Origin: Takakia lepidozioides
Lineage: Eukaryota; Plantae; Bryophyta
Assembly (NCBI GenBank): GCA_030704615.1
Contig: CM060734.1
Coordinates: 54,498,001 to 54,562,000, forward strand
Direction: 5' to 3'
Length of the DNA stretch: 64,000 nt
Every line of letters starts with the position of its first letter. Positions within the stretch are counted from its first letter, which is position 1. Positions 12,579 through 26,313 of the stretch are shown in pieces. The translations under genes and the position numbers were made by a program. The notes under the pieces were generated by a model that did no database searches, was not told where the DNA came from, and worked only from the letters and a program-made list of their open reading frames with translations.

Positions 12579-13760
12579 GTCAGGCACATACCCCGTCTTC
12601 TTTATCTGCCCAGACAATCTTCTCAGCTCAGCATGGATTTTCTTAATTCTGGGATGCAACTTGTCATCTATAACGAAGTACACCCTGTTGCAAACCTCAA
12701 TGCAACAGTGACCTGACTCATTTTCAATCCCTCTGACCTTCATCATTATTCTCACATTTACAGTATCAATCCACCTGCCAGCTGCGGCATAGATGTTTGA
12801 TAGCACTATAAGTCGCGACATCTTGTTCATTCCATTTGAGGATAGATGTTACCACACGTTCAACCATCTCTACATTGTCATGGATTCTGCAAGCACCAAA
12901 CAATGCCTTCCACACCACAACATCTGGATTGATTGACATTTTATTAATCAGATCCACTGCCTCATCTCGTTGTCCCACACGTCCAAGAAGGTCCACCATG
13001 TAGCCAAAGTGCTATACTGTCAGAGTGACACCATGATTTGGAATCAGGCAATCGAAATAATGTATTTCTTCATTCAGAAGACCAGTGTGGATGCATGCAG
13101 AGAAAACATATTTTGCATCAAGCCGTTCTTTTGTATTCTTTCAAATAATTGTAGGACCTCCCTGTGACAACCATCCTGAGCATATCCTGTGATCATTGCA
13201 TTCCACCATATTATCAAATCATCCCTTTGCATCCTCAAAGCACCCACATTTCGCATACATGTCCACCAGGGCAGTGTCCAGAATGACATTTGGTACAATT
13301 CCAGCTTTGATGATGTCACCATGCACCTCTTTGCCCTTTTTCAGGGCTGACTAACTTGCACAAGCATTGCAAATGCACACAAACGTGATGTGGTTGCACT
13401 TTACCCCTTCCCTCATCATTTGCTCATAGGTCTCCAAGGCCTCCATCCCGCGCCCCTGCTATGTATATTCTACAAGCATGGCGTTCCAGGACACCAAATC
13501 TCGTTCAGCCATATTGTTGAACACTCCCTCCGCATCCTCAATGGTCCCACATTTGGCATACATGTCCACGAAGGGTATTGTTCATACTTACATCTGTACA
13601 ATTCCAGCTTTGGCGATACAACCATCACCTCCTTTGTCATTTTCTAGGGCTGCCAGGCTTGCACACGCACTGCAAACACACACAAATGTGATGTGGTTGG
13701 GCTTCACCCCTTCGCACATCATTTGCTCATAGGTCTCCAAAGCCTCCATCCTGCACCATT
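12579..13760 (-). pseudogene. PLS-class PPR (E/E+, probably formerly DYW) RNA-editing factor pseudogene
   Basis: Frameshifted segments: EGVKPNHITFVCVCSACASLAALE, WNAMITGYAQDG, MVDLLGRVG...PDVVVWKALFGACRIH, LSNIYAAAGRW, HPRIKKIHAELRRLSGQIKKTGYVPD. Truncated at both ends by repeats. Confidence 0.9.
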
Positions 13761-13761
13761 G

Positions 13762-14061
13762 ACAAAGTTCGTAAGGCCGGGGGTTGAGAACGAAAAAATT
13801 TATCTCGGAGGCAATCAATTCACATTTTTGACAAATTTTGATTGTGTGGCCTAAGGTGCATCCTTCTGTCACGATGAAACTTCTCATCAGAGAAGGTAAC
13901 GATTTTAACAAAAGTTTTTTTTTTTTTTTTTTTTTTTCGCAATCTCATAAGTGAATGGTTGAAAACAAGTGCATGAAATACATGCAAGCCTCGCCCTTTT
14001 GTAATTATTCCAGATCAACACTGCTTCTACTTTTTTAGAGCATTCCTGACCCAATGAAATA
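13762..14061 (+). repeat. About 300-bp dispersed direct repeat, copy 1
   Basis: Highly similar to 18721-19008 (acaaagttcgtaaggcc...ctgacccaatgaaatac). Confidence 0.9.
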
Positions 14062-14064
14062 CTC

Positions 14065-14255
14065 TGAGTCGTCACTCTGAATCGTTGGGTAGGTACCACG
14101 TCTGCAGTGACGACCATCATTTCGCACTTATCACTCCGCAGTGATGGTAGAACTGACTTTGTGTTTGTCACTGTATAGTGATGTATTCATAATCGCATTT
14201 ATCACTGCAAATGTAGTGATATTTACAGTCATAAAAACGATAATCTGTACTAGTG
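14065..14255 (-). mobile_element. CACTA transposon terminus interrupting the Ty3 integrase
   Basis: Minus strand begins CACTAGTACAGA at 14255; ATCACT/AGTGAT subterminal repeats; integrase homology stops here. Confidence 0.7.
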
Positions 14256-17200
14256 CTCCTTGTATTGTTTTTTAGCTTCTGCGAGGTTGAATGTAAGCTC
14301 CTTGTGAATCATAACAAGATGAGTAGCAAGGTTTTTTACAGCAGGGTTTCCAACAGTCTTCATGTGGAAATGGTTTGCTCGAGGATGATGACCATAATTG
14401 GAGAAAATAAGAGTTTCCTTGGTCGAAGAATGTATAGTGTTGTTGTAGGCAAACTCAGCCAATGACAGAAGGTCCGTCCAATTATCTTGGTAATAATTTA
14501 TCGTACAACGAAGATACTAATCTGGTTTACACGTTCGGTTTGATCATCAGTCTGTGGGTTTTTAGCTGTAGAGAGGTTGATCTTAGTATCCAATATGTGA
14601 AATAATCCCCTCCAAAAATTTGATATAAACTGTGGTCCTCGATCAAATACGATGTCCTCTGGGAGTCCATGAATGCGGTAGACATATTATTGAGGAATAG
14701 TCTTGCAATTTCCTCGCCGGTAACCATCTTATTACATGGAATGAATGTGTTACCTTCGTAAAACGATCTACAATAACAAGGATTAAATCGATGGTATTGG
14801 AAATTGGAAGGTCCGTCATAAAGTCCATAGACACGGACGACCATGGACCCTTGGGAATGGGTAATGGTTGAAGAAGGCCGTAAGGTCGATGTCGTAGTCC
14901 CTTTGTTCTAGCACACGTGTCGCAAGATTTTATAAATTCTTTTACGAGTTTCCACATCTACGGCCACCAATAGTCCCTAGATATCAATTCTATTGTTTTG
15001 TTGAAGCCGAAATGTCCTGCAGCCGGAAGATCATGACATGTTTGAAGAATTCGAAGTCGTGTAGGTCCTGGAGGTACATAGAGAAGTCCCTTGAAATAAA
15101 GTAAGTCATCTTTGAATTCGAAGTCGTTTGTAACATGTAGGTTGTCTCGAGGTCGATTTAGTTGACTTCGTAGTGTCGTAGCAAATTGGTCGCTCTTCAG
15201 TATTTCCTGAATTTCCTTTATGATCTCTACATCGTCATAGGTAGACATGGATAACATATTCAATTAGAAATTTGATGGTTTCAAGATGATGGATTTTTGT
15301 TGGTCGAAAGCTACCTCCATTTTTTTCGGCGCACAATACAATCGTCGAGAAAGAGCATCGGGTTTCCCTTGAAGATGTCTGGGGCGATAGGTAATAACAA
15401 AATCAAACCTTGCTAGTGACATACCCCATTTTGTTTAACGTCGATTCAAAACATGAACACTCATAAGATATTCGAGGTTTTTGTGATCGGTGTAAACAGT
15501 AACATAATGTTTAGCTCCCTCCAATAGATGACGCCACTCCTCAAAAGCATCGATGATCGCTAGAAGTTCTTTGTCATGGATTTCATAATTGATCTCTACA
15601 ACGGAAAATTTGCGAGAACGAAAACCAACAGGGTGAAGTCAGTCATCCGTACCGTATTGAGAGAATAACAAGTGCAAAGTCGGATGCATCTGCTTCCAAG
15701 AAGAATGGTTTAGATGGGTCTGCATGTACCAGTATTGGTGCCGTTGTAAATGTCTGCTTCAGCATTTCAAATGTCTGGTTAGCCTTCTCGTCCCATACAA
15801 ATTTGTCATTATCTGTGAGTCGTGTCAATGGTGCAACAATTTTGGAGTAGTCATTGATGAATATTGTATAGAAATTTGCAAATCCTAGAAAACATTGTAC
15901 ATCTCGGACCGAAGTTGGTTTAATCCACTCGATGATGGTTCGTATTTTCTTCTGATCCATAAAGACGCCTTTGTTGGAAATAATGTAGCCCAGAAATTCG
16001 ACCTCAGATTGATGGAAAAAGATATTTTTCCAACTTGGCATACAGTCTTCTTTTTCTTAATTTATCAAGGACAAGGCGTACATGGCGGCCATGTTCTTCT
16101 TCATTCTGTGAAAATATCAAAATGTCGTCCAAATAGATGACTATAAAGTCATCTAAAAATTCTCAAAAGATGTCATTCATCATATGTTGGAAAATTATTG
16201 GAGCATTTGTAAGATCGAAATGCATAATACTATATTCAAAATGTCAATATCTTGTTCGAAAAGTTGTTTTCCATTCGTCTTCTTCTTTTATCCGTACAAG
16301 GTTATAAGCTCATCTTAAGTCAATTTTGATGAAAATCTTCGCTTGTTCCAGTTGGTCGAGAAGCCCAAAAATCAGCGACAACGGATAACGATTCTTAATT
16401 TGACCTTGTTGAGACTGCGATAGTCTACACACATGCGTAATGATCCGTCCTTCTTTTTCACAAACAAGATAGGCGCCCCCGTAGGTGATTTTGAATGTCG
16501 GAAACATTTTTTTGGTGATGAATTTGTGGTGTCCAGCCGCACGGTTCCTACTGTGATTGGACATATTCATTTTCCGACCTCCTCGTTTTGAACACTTGAG
16601 TTGCGCCCCGAGCTTTGAATCTACTCTTGTTAGGGCAGTTTAATGATATGTGATATTCTTCTCCGCAATAGAGGCATAATCCATTCAAGCGCCATCTTTG
16701 TTTTTCTTGTGGCGTCAATGGCTTGAATCAGACAGCATCAATCTGCATATGATCACTATCGGATATCTGATGGATCATTGTGTTTGGTATCGTAGTAGCA
16801 GCGACATGATGCGTCGTCGACCATCCAGATCGCCTCTCTTGACGTCTTTTGAACAAACGATTATCGCATGCAATGACTTGGGTGATGAATTCACTCAGTG
16901 TGCTCACGTTTGGCATTGTCAGTAACAAATCTTTTACATCCTCTTTTAGCCCACATTGAAATTGACTAATGAGGCTCTTCCCATTCCAGTCGAGGTCGCA
17001 CAGAAGTTGTCGAAATTCGACAGCATAAACGGAAACATGACGTGCTCCTTGTCGAAGATTTTGCATCTTTGTCTCTGCAACTTTCTTTATATTATTCTTT
17101 CCAAATATTACAATGAACTCGGACATGAATGCTTCAAAATTATATAGTAAATGCAATTTTTTTTCTAATAGCGGTGCAAATCAAGACAGGGCAGTGCCTG

Positions 17201-18308
17201 ATAGAAGGGTGCCCATGAATCCCACTTGAATACCTTCATCGGGGTAGCGTTGTGGATGTAGTTGTAGGAACAGTCGTAGTTGTAGGAACAGTCGTACTTG
17301 TTGAACAAAACCGCGAAATCTTGATCTCGTCCCATCAAATTTCTCGGACATCCTAATCTTTGGTTCTCTCGTAATCTGTTGAAGATGAACCATTGCAGTA
17401 GGAGCTGTTGTAGTAGGGACTCGTATGGTTGAAGATCCATAGTTCAACTCCTTTAAGTTTGAAATTTGTTGTTGCAAATTGTGGAGAACATTGTCAAGAT
17501 TTTGAGACTGATCAACTTGTAATTGGGCTGTAGAGTTACGAAGTTCTTGCATCTGGAGCTGAAGACTCTGCAATGTGGCGACCATTTCCGCAAATGTGCC
17601 TTCCATCTTAACTAACTAATGAACAAACTTCAGTCTCGCCAAACTGTCAAGGACGAGAACATGACTGAACACAAACAAGATATTAGACTAGAGGTACAAG
17701 ACTAGACAAGAAGTCAAGGTCGGCGTGGCCGAATGCATGGTGGGTAAACATGAATCAAGATGATCTTTATAACAATGGACAAGAGTACAAGATACTGGAA
17801 CTCGACTCGAATGCTAGAATGCTGGAAACTGGACTGGGGTACCAGATACTGGAAACTGGACTAGAGTACTGGAAGTTGGACTGGAGTACTGGGACTGGGA
17901 ACAAGAGTAGCTTGAACTTGTGTTGGCGAGACTAAAGAGTGTTCAGTCTCGTCTTCTATATATACTGGCTACTAGGAGGTTCCCTGAGAGGATACCAAAG
18001 GAGGTTTCTTGATGGAGAAGTTTCCTTAAACAAATGAGGTATCTTGATGGAGAAGTTTCTTCCAAATGAAGCTTCCTGAGCAGTTTCCAAAGTTTGTTTC
18101 GGTAATTTGGTAAACTTCCGATAACTTGGTAACTAATGGTAACTTACGATAAATCATGGTAGATCATGATAGATCACGGTAATTTTTGATAACATGGTAA
18201 CTTGATAACTTCTGGTATTTACTCCTGATAAGTTCTTCTGGGCTATGTCCGTGAGATGAGGCCGCCGACCCCTGAAGCGGTGGGACCTTCTAGAAGGTTG
18301 CCCTAACA
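14256..18308 (-). mobile_element. Degenerate Ty3/gypsy (Tf1/sushi/Tcn1-like chromovirus) retrotransposon, 3'-truncated
   Basis: 5' LTR 17645-18308 (TGTTAGGG...CCTTGACA); gag 17606-16700 (PKIRMSEKFDG, LRQGARHVSVYAVEFRQL); RT (KNRYPL, VEFLGYIIS); RNase H (FFLEADASDFAL); integrase (HDLPAAGHFG, CDTC, SMDFMTDLP, AEFAYNN). Many stops and frameshifts; protease not recognisable. Confidence 0.92.
17632..17642 (-). promoter_or_regulatory. Self-priming PBS (complementary to the predicted transcript 5' end)
   Basis: TTGGCGAGACT just after the LTR is the exact reverse complement of AGTCTCGCCAA at 17933-17923, about 25-30 nt downstream of TATATATA (17957-17964). Confidence 0.8.
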
Positions 18309-18720
18309 CACGTCACTCCTAGAAACCACCACGCCTGATCCCAATCTAACCATGAACCATCTCCTATTTAATAGGTCTTACTTTTCTACCCCCCACCCCC
18401 TCCCCCCCTTACATGTGTGAGAGAGAGAGAGGACTCCGGCCGTAGCCGACTACTCCTTACATGACAGTTATTAATTGAACTCCTGCTGTAGTTTACTATA
18501 ACTCCCGCTTCATAATTCCTGGACCACTCTCTAATCCCTTCACCCCCTTTCAAACCTGGGCCCCTTATGGAGGCCCATCCACTGTTTAAAGAATGTGTGA
18601 ACAAGGCCGATAGCCCAAGTTCACTATGCTCGAAAACGGCGGAAAAAGGCCAGTCGGCTGCCCTTCACCGGCGTAAACAATATCAACCTTCCCCTCATAG
18701 CCCCTCAAATTTGTCATCTT

Positions 18721-19008
18721 ACAAAGTTCGTAAGGCCGCGGGTTGAGAACGAAAAAAATCATCTCGGAGGCAATCGATTCACCTTTTCGACAAATTTTGA
18801 TTGTGTGGCCTAAGGTGCGTCCTCCTGTCACGATGAAACTTCCCATCTGAGAAGGTAATGATTTTAACAAAGGGAATTTTATGTGGTTTTTTTTTTCGCA
18901 ATCGCATAAGTGAATGGTTGAAAACAAGTGCATGAAATACATGCAAGCCTCGCCCTTTTGTAATTATTCCAGATGAACACTGCTTCCACTTTCTGACCCA
19001 ATGAAATA
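18721..19008 (+). repeat. About 300-bp dispersed direct repeat, copy 2, in the XCT upstream region
   Basis: Matches 13762-14061. Confidence 0.9.
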
Positions 19009-19353
19009 CAACCTATTTCTCATATTTCATCCATCCATAAACATGGATGAAATAGTATGGGTGGTAAGAATCAAAACCCTTTGACTAGTTCTGCCAGGGC
19101 CAAAAGAAATGTAATCATATTGTGAAGTTTTTCTTACCACATTCCTTGGCACTGGTAACTTATGGATTTCACCAATATTTTCCTTGAAAAAGGCCCCAAA
19201 AAGAAAAACAAAAAATTGGGACCTGCTCCATATTATTAGGGTTCGGAGTTTTGTTGTGTGGAGAGGAGTGAAAAATTGAAGTGAAGAGGGAGAAGAAGAG
19301 GGAGTTGAGGGAGAGGGAGCAGGCCTTGCATTGCGAGGGAGTGGTAAGTAGGC

Positions 19354-22300
19354 ATGTCGGGCATGGGGGATGGATATGTGGGCACAGCCCAGGATGCTGC
19401 TCGAATCCGGAGGCTGGAAAAGCAAAGGGAGGTGGAGCGCAAGCGCATCCAAGATCTCAAGAAGAAGTCGGCTGAAGGCCAGGGTGGTCTTCTCCAATTT
19501 GGTGCTGGCACCTCTGAGGTCCTCTTCCGTGGATTTTATATTTACCCATAAACTCAACTGTGCTTTCATGGGATCTGCGTCTCAGTACTACAGCTGTGAC
19601 CAGGGTGGTCGTTGTTGAGGTCTTGCGCAAGTATGTTGATAAACGTGAATCATAGCTGGGAATCTGATTTTGTGTTGCAGATAGACTTCTCCGAGTTAGG
19701 ATTGTAGGTGGGTTTACCATTCGTGTTCTTATTCACGATAAATAAGATAAGTGCACGGTGGAAGAGGCAGATGCTGCAAAACGGAAATCAACATCACTTG
19801 CTATTATCAACTTGAGCATGAACCCTGAGAGTTTTGATTGCTCCAGGGACACTGGAGCGTCATCTTTAATGTTTTTTTTTTTTGGGTCCAGAGTACTGCA
19901 AGGAGCTCCAGGTAGTTGAAAGGAAGTAGTCATGCACTAGTTAGGCATCACCAGTGAACTATCACAACCGCCTGTAAGCAAGTGACTTCTCTTTTACTGC
20001 ATCGGACTAGAATGTAACTTTGAACTGGGAATTTTTTTCCCAGCTGTGGCTGATATTTCCAAGGGTGAAGCCTGTGATAAGGTCAGGGTTTTTGCAAGAG
20101 AAATCATTTGGCTTAGGGCATTGTTGGGAATCATCTTTGGCGATTCCTGAGGGAAGTTCAGCAATCAATGGTAGTGATGATTTTACTCATTTGTGAAATT
20201 GTCTAAATACTTGCAGTTACTGGAGAGTGCATTCAAGAAGGAAACTGTGGGTCTTGTGACCCGAGAGCAATTTGTGGAGAAGGTATGAGTTTGTCCAACT
20301 TTTATCTGGTGGAGGATTTTTTAAGTTAGTTGATTGTTTCTGCACTGTCCTGGTATTGTTTCGCAAATGAGCTGGTTCTCTCATTTGAGGTCAATTGAGA
20401 TTATTTCTCATATGAGCTACAAGAACTCTGATGCAAGAGGTATGTGAACGTATTCACAGAGGGTGAACTTGCGTAGTAAAATTGAAGAGGAGGAGAAAGA
20501 GAAGCAGCAAAAGCTTGCCCAGGAGTATGCTTCTTCACCTTTTAACCTTCAGTACAAGTGAATTGTAGAATTATCCTGTTGGCTATTTTGTGTTCTTTTC
20601 GATTTGCTATTCCATTGAATTCTTAGATGTCTGCCAGACATAATTTTGGTTGAGTATAGGGTTATTGTCATGGTATTTATGTGCAACAATATTGTGCCTC
20701 CACTACAGAGTGATGCTCACTACATGGCACCTTACATACAGCTCTCAAATTCTTTGTGTTTTTGGCAGAGTTCAATTAAAGGTTCCAGGACAGAAAGCTT
20801 TTTTTGAAGTGCACTTGTGAGTTACTCAATGATTTTGGTGTAGTCTGACGGTGATATGTTGGCATTGGCACAGAGAGGAAGAAAGGCATTTACAGAAACG
20901 CAAGAAGAGGAGAGCGAAAGGTCCCTCACGACTGTCCTTCGCTGATGAGGTTGACGGTGACGGTGGTGACACCGACGAGGAAGAAAGTGAAGCAGCTGGT
21001 ATGAAATCTCTTTGATTTTCACACTGTAGGAGATAATGAAAATGTACACAGATGTGGATTATGCTCTCAGTTCCCTGGGTTCCATGGTGCAAGTGGAATC
21101 AGTTCATTGGTGTTGACCAGGAGATTTTAGTCATGGTCATAGAACTTTGGGGCATATCTCAGTCATGACTGGTTGGTGGATCTGAACCCAAGAAAGTTGA
21201 TATTCTGCCAGACACCATCTACTAGAAAGTATTTTTATGTTGTGTTCTTACGTAGAATGGCTGTTTGAGCTGAAAGGGTGGCCCTGTTGTTGGATTTGGG
21301 TTTAATTTGTTTTCTTTGAATTCAGTGGTGTAATATGACCCCAGTTCTCCTCTTCCAATGACTGGATGGGGAATGTTTCAGCTGGGGTTCTGCATCTGCA
21401 GTAGAGCTGTTTTTAAGCCATCTCCTTCTCCTAGTTGCAGAGAGACAAAGGGAGGAAGCAAGAAAGCAGCAAAAGCTTGGAAAATTTGGGAAGAACCCAG
21501 CAGTTGAAACCAGCTTCTTACCTGACAGGTATGATGCATGGGCTTCCTTTTATACTTGGCCATATCGTGTATTTGATGACGTCTAGATGTGGTTCTCATG
21601 TAATTTGCAAAATAAAGGAAAAATTGAAGTAGGATTGTGAACTCTCAAAGGTGGGCTTAATTGTAGGTTGTTAGAGTGAACCTGACCAGTTGCCAGTTGA
21701 CATGGCATTTTGCGTTATGGTCAGAAGCAGCTCTTGTAACCTGGGTAAAACACTGGTTGAAGGACGAAGATTTTATTGTCATACATGTGAGGTAGTGAGA
21801 ATGTACTGCTCCATAAAATTTTGTCCGTGCCTGAAGAAACTCGAGTTGAACAGATGGATACATGTTGCATTATAATATGGATTGATCAAGAAGGACTCCT
21901 GTCTTTCGTAAATCTAAACATGCTGTGTTAAGGGAGTGGAGGGTGTTACTCCAGAGAGCGTGAGGCTGAGGAGCAAGCTGAGCGCGAGCGTCTTCGCAAG
22001 CAATGGCTCAGAGAGCAAGAGCGCATTCGCAGTAAGTTTACTTTCCATTTTGTTTTTTCTACTAGTCAGGCATTAGCTCTCAAGAGGCAGTGAGAGGTAA
22101 TGCACATCTGACTGTTCCCTGTGATTGTCAGCTGTGTCTATGATTGGGTTACCGTCTCTCTGGCATATCAACCCCTGGGGCTATTGGTATGATTTGTATG
22201 CACCAGGTTTTTAACTTGGCCTGAAATACACCTAGGAATGGCCAGAGACTATGACAATCTGGCTGCATATTTATGGGGAGCTGCACTCTTCCCACAACAA

Positions 22301-24829
22301 ACTGAAACAATCTGCTCACTAATCATTGGAATGTACTGCAGATGAACCGCTGGAGATTACGTACAGTTACTGGGATGGTGCAGGTCATCGACGGGTGATT
22401 CAGGTGCTCTCTCCCTTCCTTACCTTCTGTGAAGTGGTTCAATGTTTCCTCCTTAAATCCTCAAAGCTGTCCTCTGCCTGACAACTTCTTGTTGCCCATG
22501 CACAAGAAGCTAGAGCTGTGGATAGTATTGAGAACATCATTACAAGGGAAAAGTAAATAGCAGTCAACCATCTGTGGAATGACCAGTCCAATCACTGCAA
22601 GATGTACACATGGCCTTCAAGCAAGAGACTGGTCTTTTTCTCTCATAGCTGACTTCTCAACCATTAGGTTGGGACTTCTTCTAGAAGATTATTGGTTGAA
22701 GGTCGAACCATTCGAGACCATTTTGTACCACTGGTTTGTGAGCTTCAAGGCTATAACACCAGAGCTGGTGGTTAGCAAGTTCACTTCAGATTTGAAGTTT
22801 CTTGTCCTTGGTCTTCAGGTGCGCAAGGGAGACTCCATAGCAGAGTTCCTGCGGGCAGTGCAGCAGCAACTAGCATCTGAATTTCGGGAAATTCGCACAG
22901 CTTCAGTGGAAAATTTGCTTTACGTCAAGGAGGATCTTATCATCCCCCATGTGAGCTACAGTGATCTATTCTCTCTCTATAGCTCTCTCTGACTCTCTCT
23001 TGTTTTCTTCTGTATCCAAAGTGGGTGCACGGTCTAGAACGTTTACAGCTACTGGATTATACAATGTGTAGCTTTTTTTCTCCCCCAATCTTTCTGTGTT
23101 GACGGGATGCTGATGTTTGGCATGTGGGATTGTGGACATCCAGCAACATAGCTTCTATGAGCTTATCATCAACAAGGCAAGGGGGAAAAGTGGCCCAGTA
23201 AGTGAAGACGGATCGGACCTGCAGTTTAATTGTGTTATCAGTAGTCTGACCAGCTTCCCTCAAACTATCGTTAAATAATTTTGATTGCAACTTTTGGGAT
23301 TACTCTGTTCAGACACTGGCATAGGTGAACAGTAGGCATGCATGTGTCCAGTTTCATGAGGTGAAAAAATTATGACTCAGGAGGGCTTCTTTTACTGGGA
23401 CTCCAGCATTCTGTGGAAATTCGTATAAGAGCAAATCTGTAACCAGAGCAACCAAATTGTTGGTTTTATGATGGGCATAGTGAGTCCTATGATTTCCATT
23501 CTAGCAACTGCCAGGGAGGGTCACCTTCGGCTTCTTTAGTCATTAGTCATGAGTATGGCTCGAAGTCAGTTAACCATGGTTATTTGATGAGGAAAGAAAG
23601 CCTCCAGATTAGAGCCCCAATGTTCCGGCTATAAATTGGACTATTTGCTGATATCTGTCTAAAGCATGTTGTGAGCATGTTAGTGTGTTCACTATGGGGT
23701 AACATCGTGGTTTCATGGTTTGTGCAAGTCCTCGCCGTATGTCATCTGTGCATGGATGTTGTTTTGCAATCAGGGATGTCTGATCATGACTGCTTTTACT
23801 GAAGGAGAGTGTATATGCAGCTTTTCCACTTTGATGTGCACGAGGATATTCGAACCATTGCGGATGCAACTATTGAGAAGGACGAGGTACTTCTAGGTCA
23901 CCACATCCAGTCTTTTCCATGTACAGCCTTCGGGGATCTTGCTTGGTGACAAGTCGTGAACTTACCAGTTAGGTGGTTGTCCGTCTAGAAGATTAAGGTC
24001 TATCAAATTGTAAGAACCACCAGAAGTGAACAGTAGCCATAAGACAGGTTGTGGGTTCATCTAAGGACCTAAGGTGCAGTACGTGACACATATCGGTACT
24101 TATTATTAGATCATTGGTAAAACACATAGAATCATGAATTTGTTTTCGTGATGAATCTTATAACGTGACCAATTTAGACATTGGTCTCTTTTATGCACTG
24201 TGCAGTCGCATGCTGGCAAAGTTGTAGAAAGACATTGGTATGAGAAAAACAAACACATTTTTCCAGCTTCAAGATGGGAGGTACTCATTCACCATCTATT
24301 TCTCTGCATTGCGGCATAAGCTGCAAGTTATAAACTAGGCATTCCTTGTGGCTGGATGTACCTCTTGAGATGTTATACTTTGCCCATTCACCAAATGCCA
24401 AATCTTTTTACATGTGAAGGATGTTCTTCTAGGTGTGGTTTTTTCATGGCATCGGGGTGTTATTTGCAAGTGTAGCTTGATGCAAGCTTGATGCAATTGG
24501 TGGTGGAGCCTCTATCACAGCCCTGCAGAACTATCTTCTTTTCTAGACACAACAGACTATGTATGAATAGATGCAGTAGTGCTCAATGCTAACAGTTTTG
24601 TACTCCTACGGCTTGGTGAATTGCCGAGCAGTTTTGTACTTTGGTAAGATACATAATTATAGGACCTCGGACATTTTTTACCATTGACCTCATGCCCTAC
24701 TAAACATTACAGGGTAGGAAGAGAAAAAAATTCTGCAGGCACTGAAATAATAATCATGATTGGATGAACCTGTGGCAGATCTATGATCCAACAAAGAAGT
24801 GGGAACGCTACACAATTCATGGTGATTAA
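19354..24829 (+). CDS. XCT: XAP5 circadian timekeeper / FAM50 family nuclear protein
   Basis: 12 exons: 19354-19518, 20217-20282, 20460-20524, 20874-20998, 21441-21528, 21955-22031, 22342-22403, 22819-22950, 23144-23197, 23821-23886, 24206-24280, 24779-24829. [15 protein letters not shown]...[13 protein letters not shown]...[16 protein letters not shown]...[13 protein letters not shown]...[10 protein letters not shown]...[16 protein letters not shown]...[25 protein letters not shown]. Confidence 0.96.
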
Positions 24830-26313
24830 GTCATTCCAATATGCTAGAAGTAATGTCTTTGGAGGAAGCTACTGGTTTGATCCATCCATTAGCATGCCGA
24901 CTGTCAAGGAGATTTTTGACTAGTCTAAGGTTGAGTTGAAGCACTTTTTCTGTCATTGAGATTCTGAATTGCCACGGCTGCCTTTGTGGAAATCATTTGA
25001 GTTTTAGAATCGCGCCGCACGAGTGGAAATTTTGGGTTAAGGAGTTTTGTAACCCTTTTGGATAATAGCATTGTGGGTGTAATGGGCACAAGCTGGGGCT
25101 CTGACTGTGTTGTAGTTACCTGGAGGGGATATTTCTCTAAACCTTTCTGCACATGCCCAAATAAGAGTTATTCTGGTTAATAGTTAGCTGTCTGCCTGCA
25201 CCAAAATGTGGTGTACTCAGTGTGAAGCTTCCCTCTGAGTGAGTCTGCAAGTCTGAAGCTGAGTGTGAGTCTGAACCTTCAGTTAGCTGGAGTTGTGTAG
25301 GCTTGACACAATGGTTTACATCCTGGGGTGAATTGATTACCACATAAAACTTTGATATTTGTGGGCAAGCTGCAGAACTTTTGGGTTGGGTTCATCGTAG
25401 AGAGGGAAGGTAGTCTGTTCTTGTGAGGCTGATTGCATCATCTGTAAAGGTAGTTTTTACCACCGGAGCTGATGACCGTCGCCCCCTTTCAGCTGTGGTC
25501 TCATTGTTATTGCCATACTAAAAAGTGAAATACCAAGAAGCAGGCCACTACTGGTATTGGAAACAGCCATAAAATTCATAGTATTGGAATCATATTCTTG
25601 CAGTTTGCATGCACACCTATAGAGTACATCACCCACATCAAGCTACCAAACTTTCATATAAGCTGCTAAACTCACTCTAAAGCATCAATGCAGGGTGCAC
25701 TATGATTTGATGCATGGGAAAACGAGGTTGAAGAACAGCTTTGGCACAGCTTCCTTGGCTTCATTGTGTTAACGTTGTAGAGCAGTTTCCAAGGGGGGTT
25801 CGCGGAACTTTGTCGGTAGTACAGCCCTCCCCTGCTGAAGATAGATTATGGAGTGCATGATGGCATGCCCATACGTTTGCCTTGGCCAGGCATTAAGCGG
25901 TGGCGGCTGTTTCTGCTGTTGGGTTCCAGGAAATCCCTCGCATTTACTACAGAGTTTGTCTTGCAAAGCAGGTCATCTTAACACCCAGTCAAAGTCCACG
26001 GCTACACCAGTTCTGGATGTTTCGGGGCCTTGAATGGAGCTTAGTGAGATCTGCTTCTTTGTCGCCGCGGAGTATGTTGATGAGAATCTAGATAAGTATG
26101 TGGAGAGATCTGTCCGTGAATCACTCCTTGAGTTGCTGTGAAACTGTCACCAATGGAACTGTCACCTTTTGCGAAGTGGGCTCAGTGAACAGTGATAGGA
26201 TCGCTGAGGAAGGGCCGGAACGGATAGGACTAGAGGAGGTTGTGGAGGGCCTGTTTGTACAAGGAGCTGCAAGGAGCACGAAATTCGGATCTCGTGCATC
26301 TTGTTAGGTGAAT

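Noticed and set aside
20525-20873. Possible U12 intron in XCT (GTATGCTT donor)
   Set aside because: The donor deviates from GTATCCTT and there is no U12 branch point near the acceptor.
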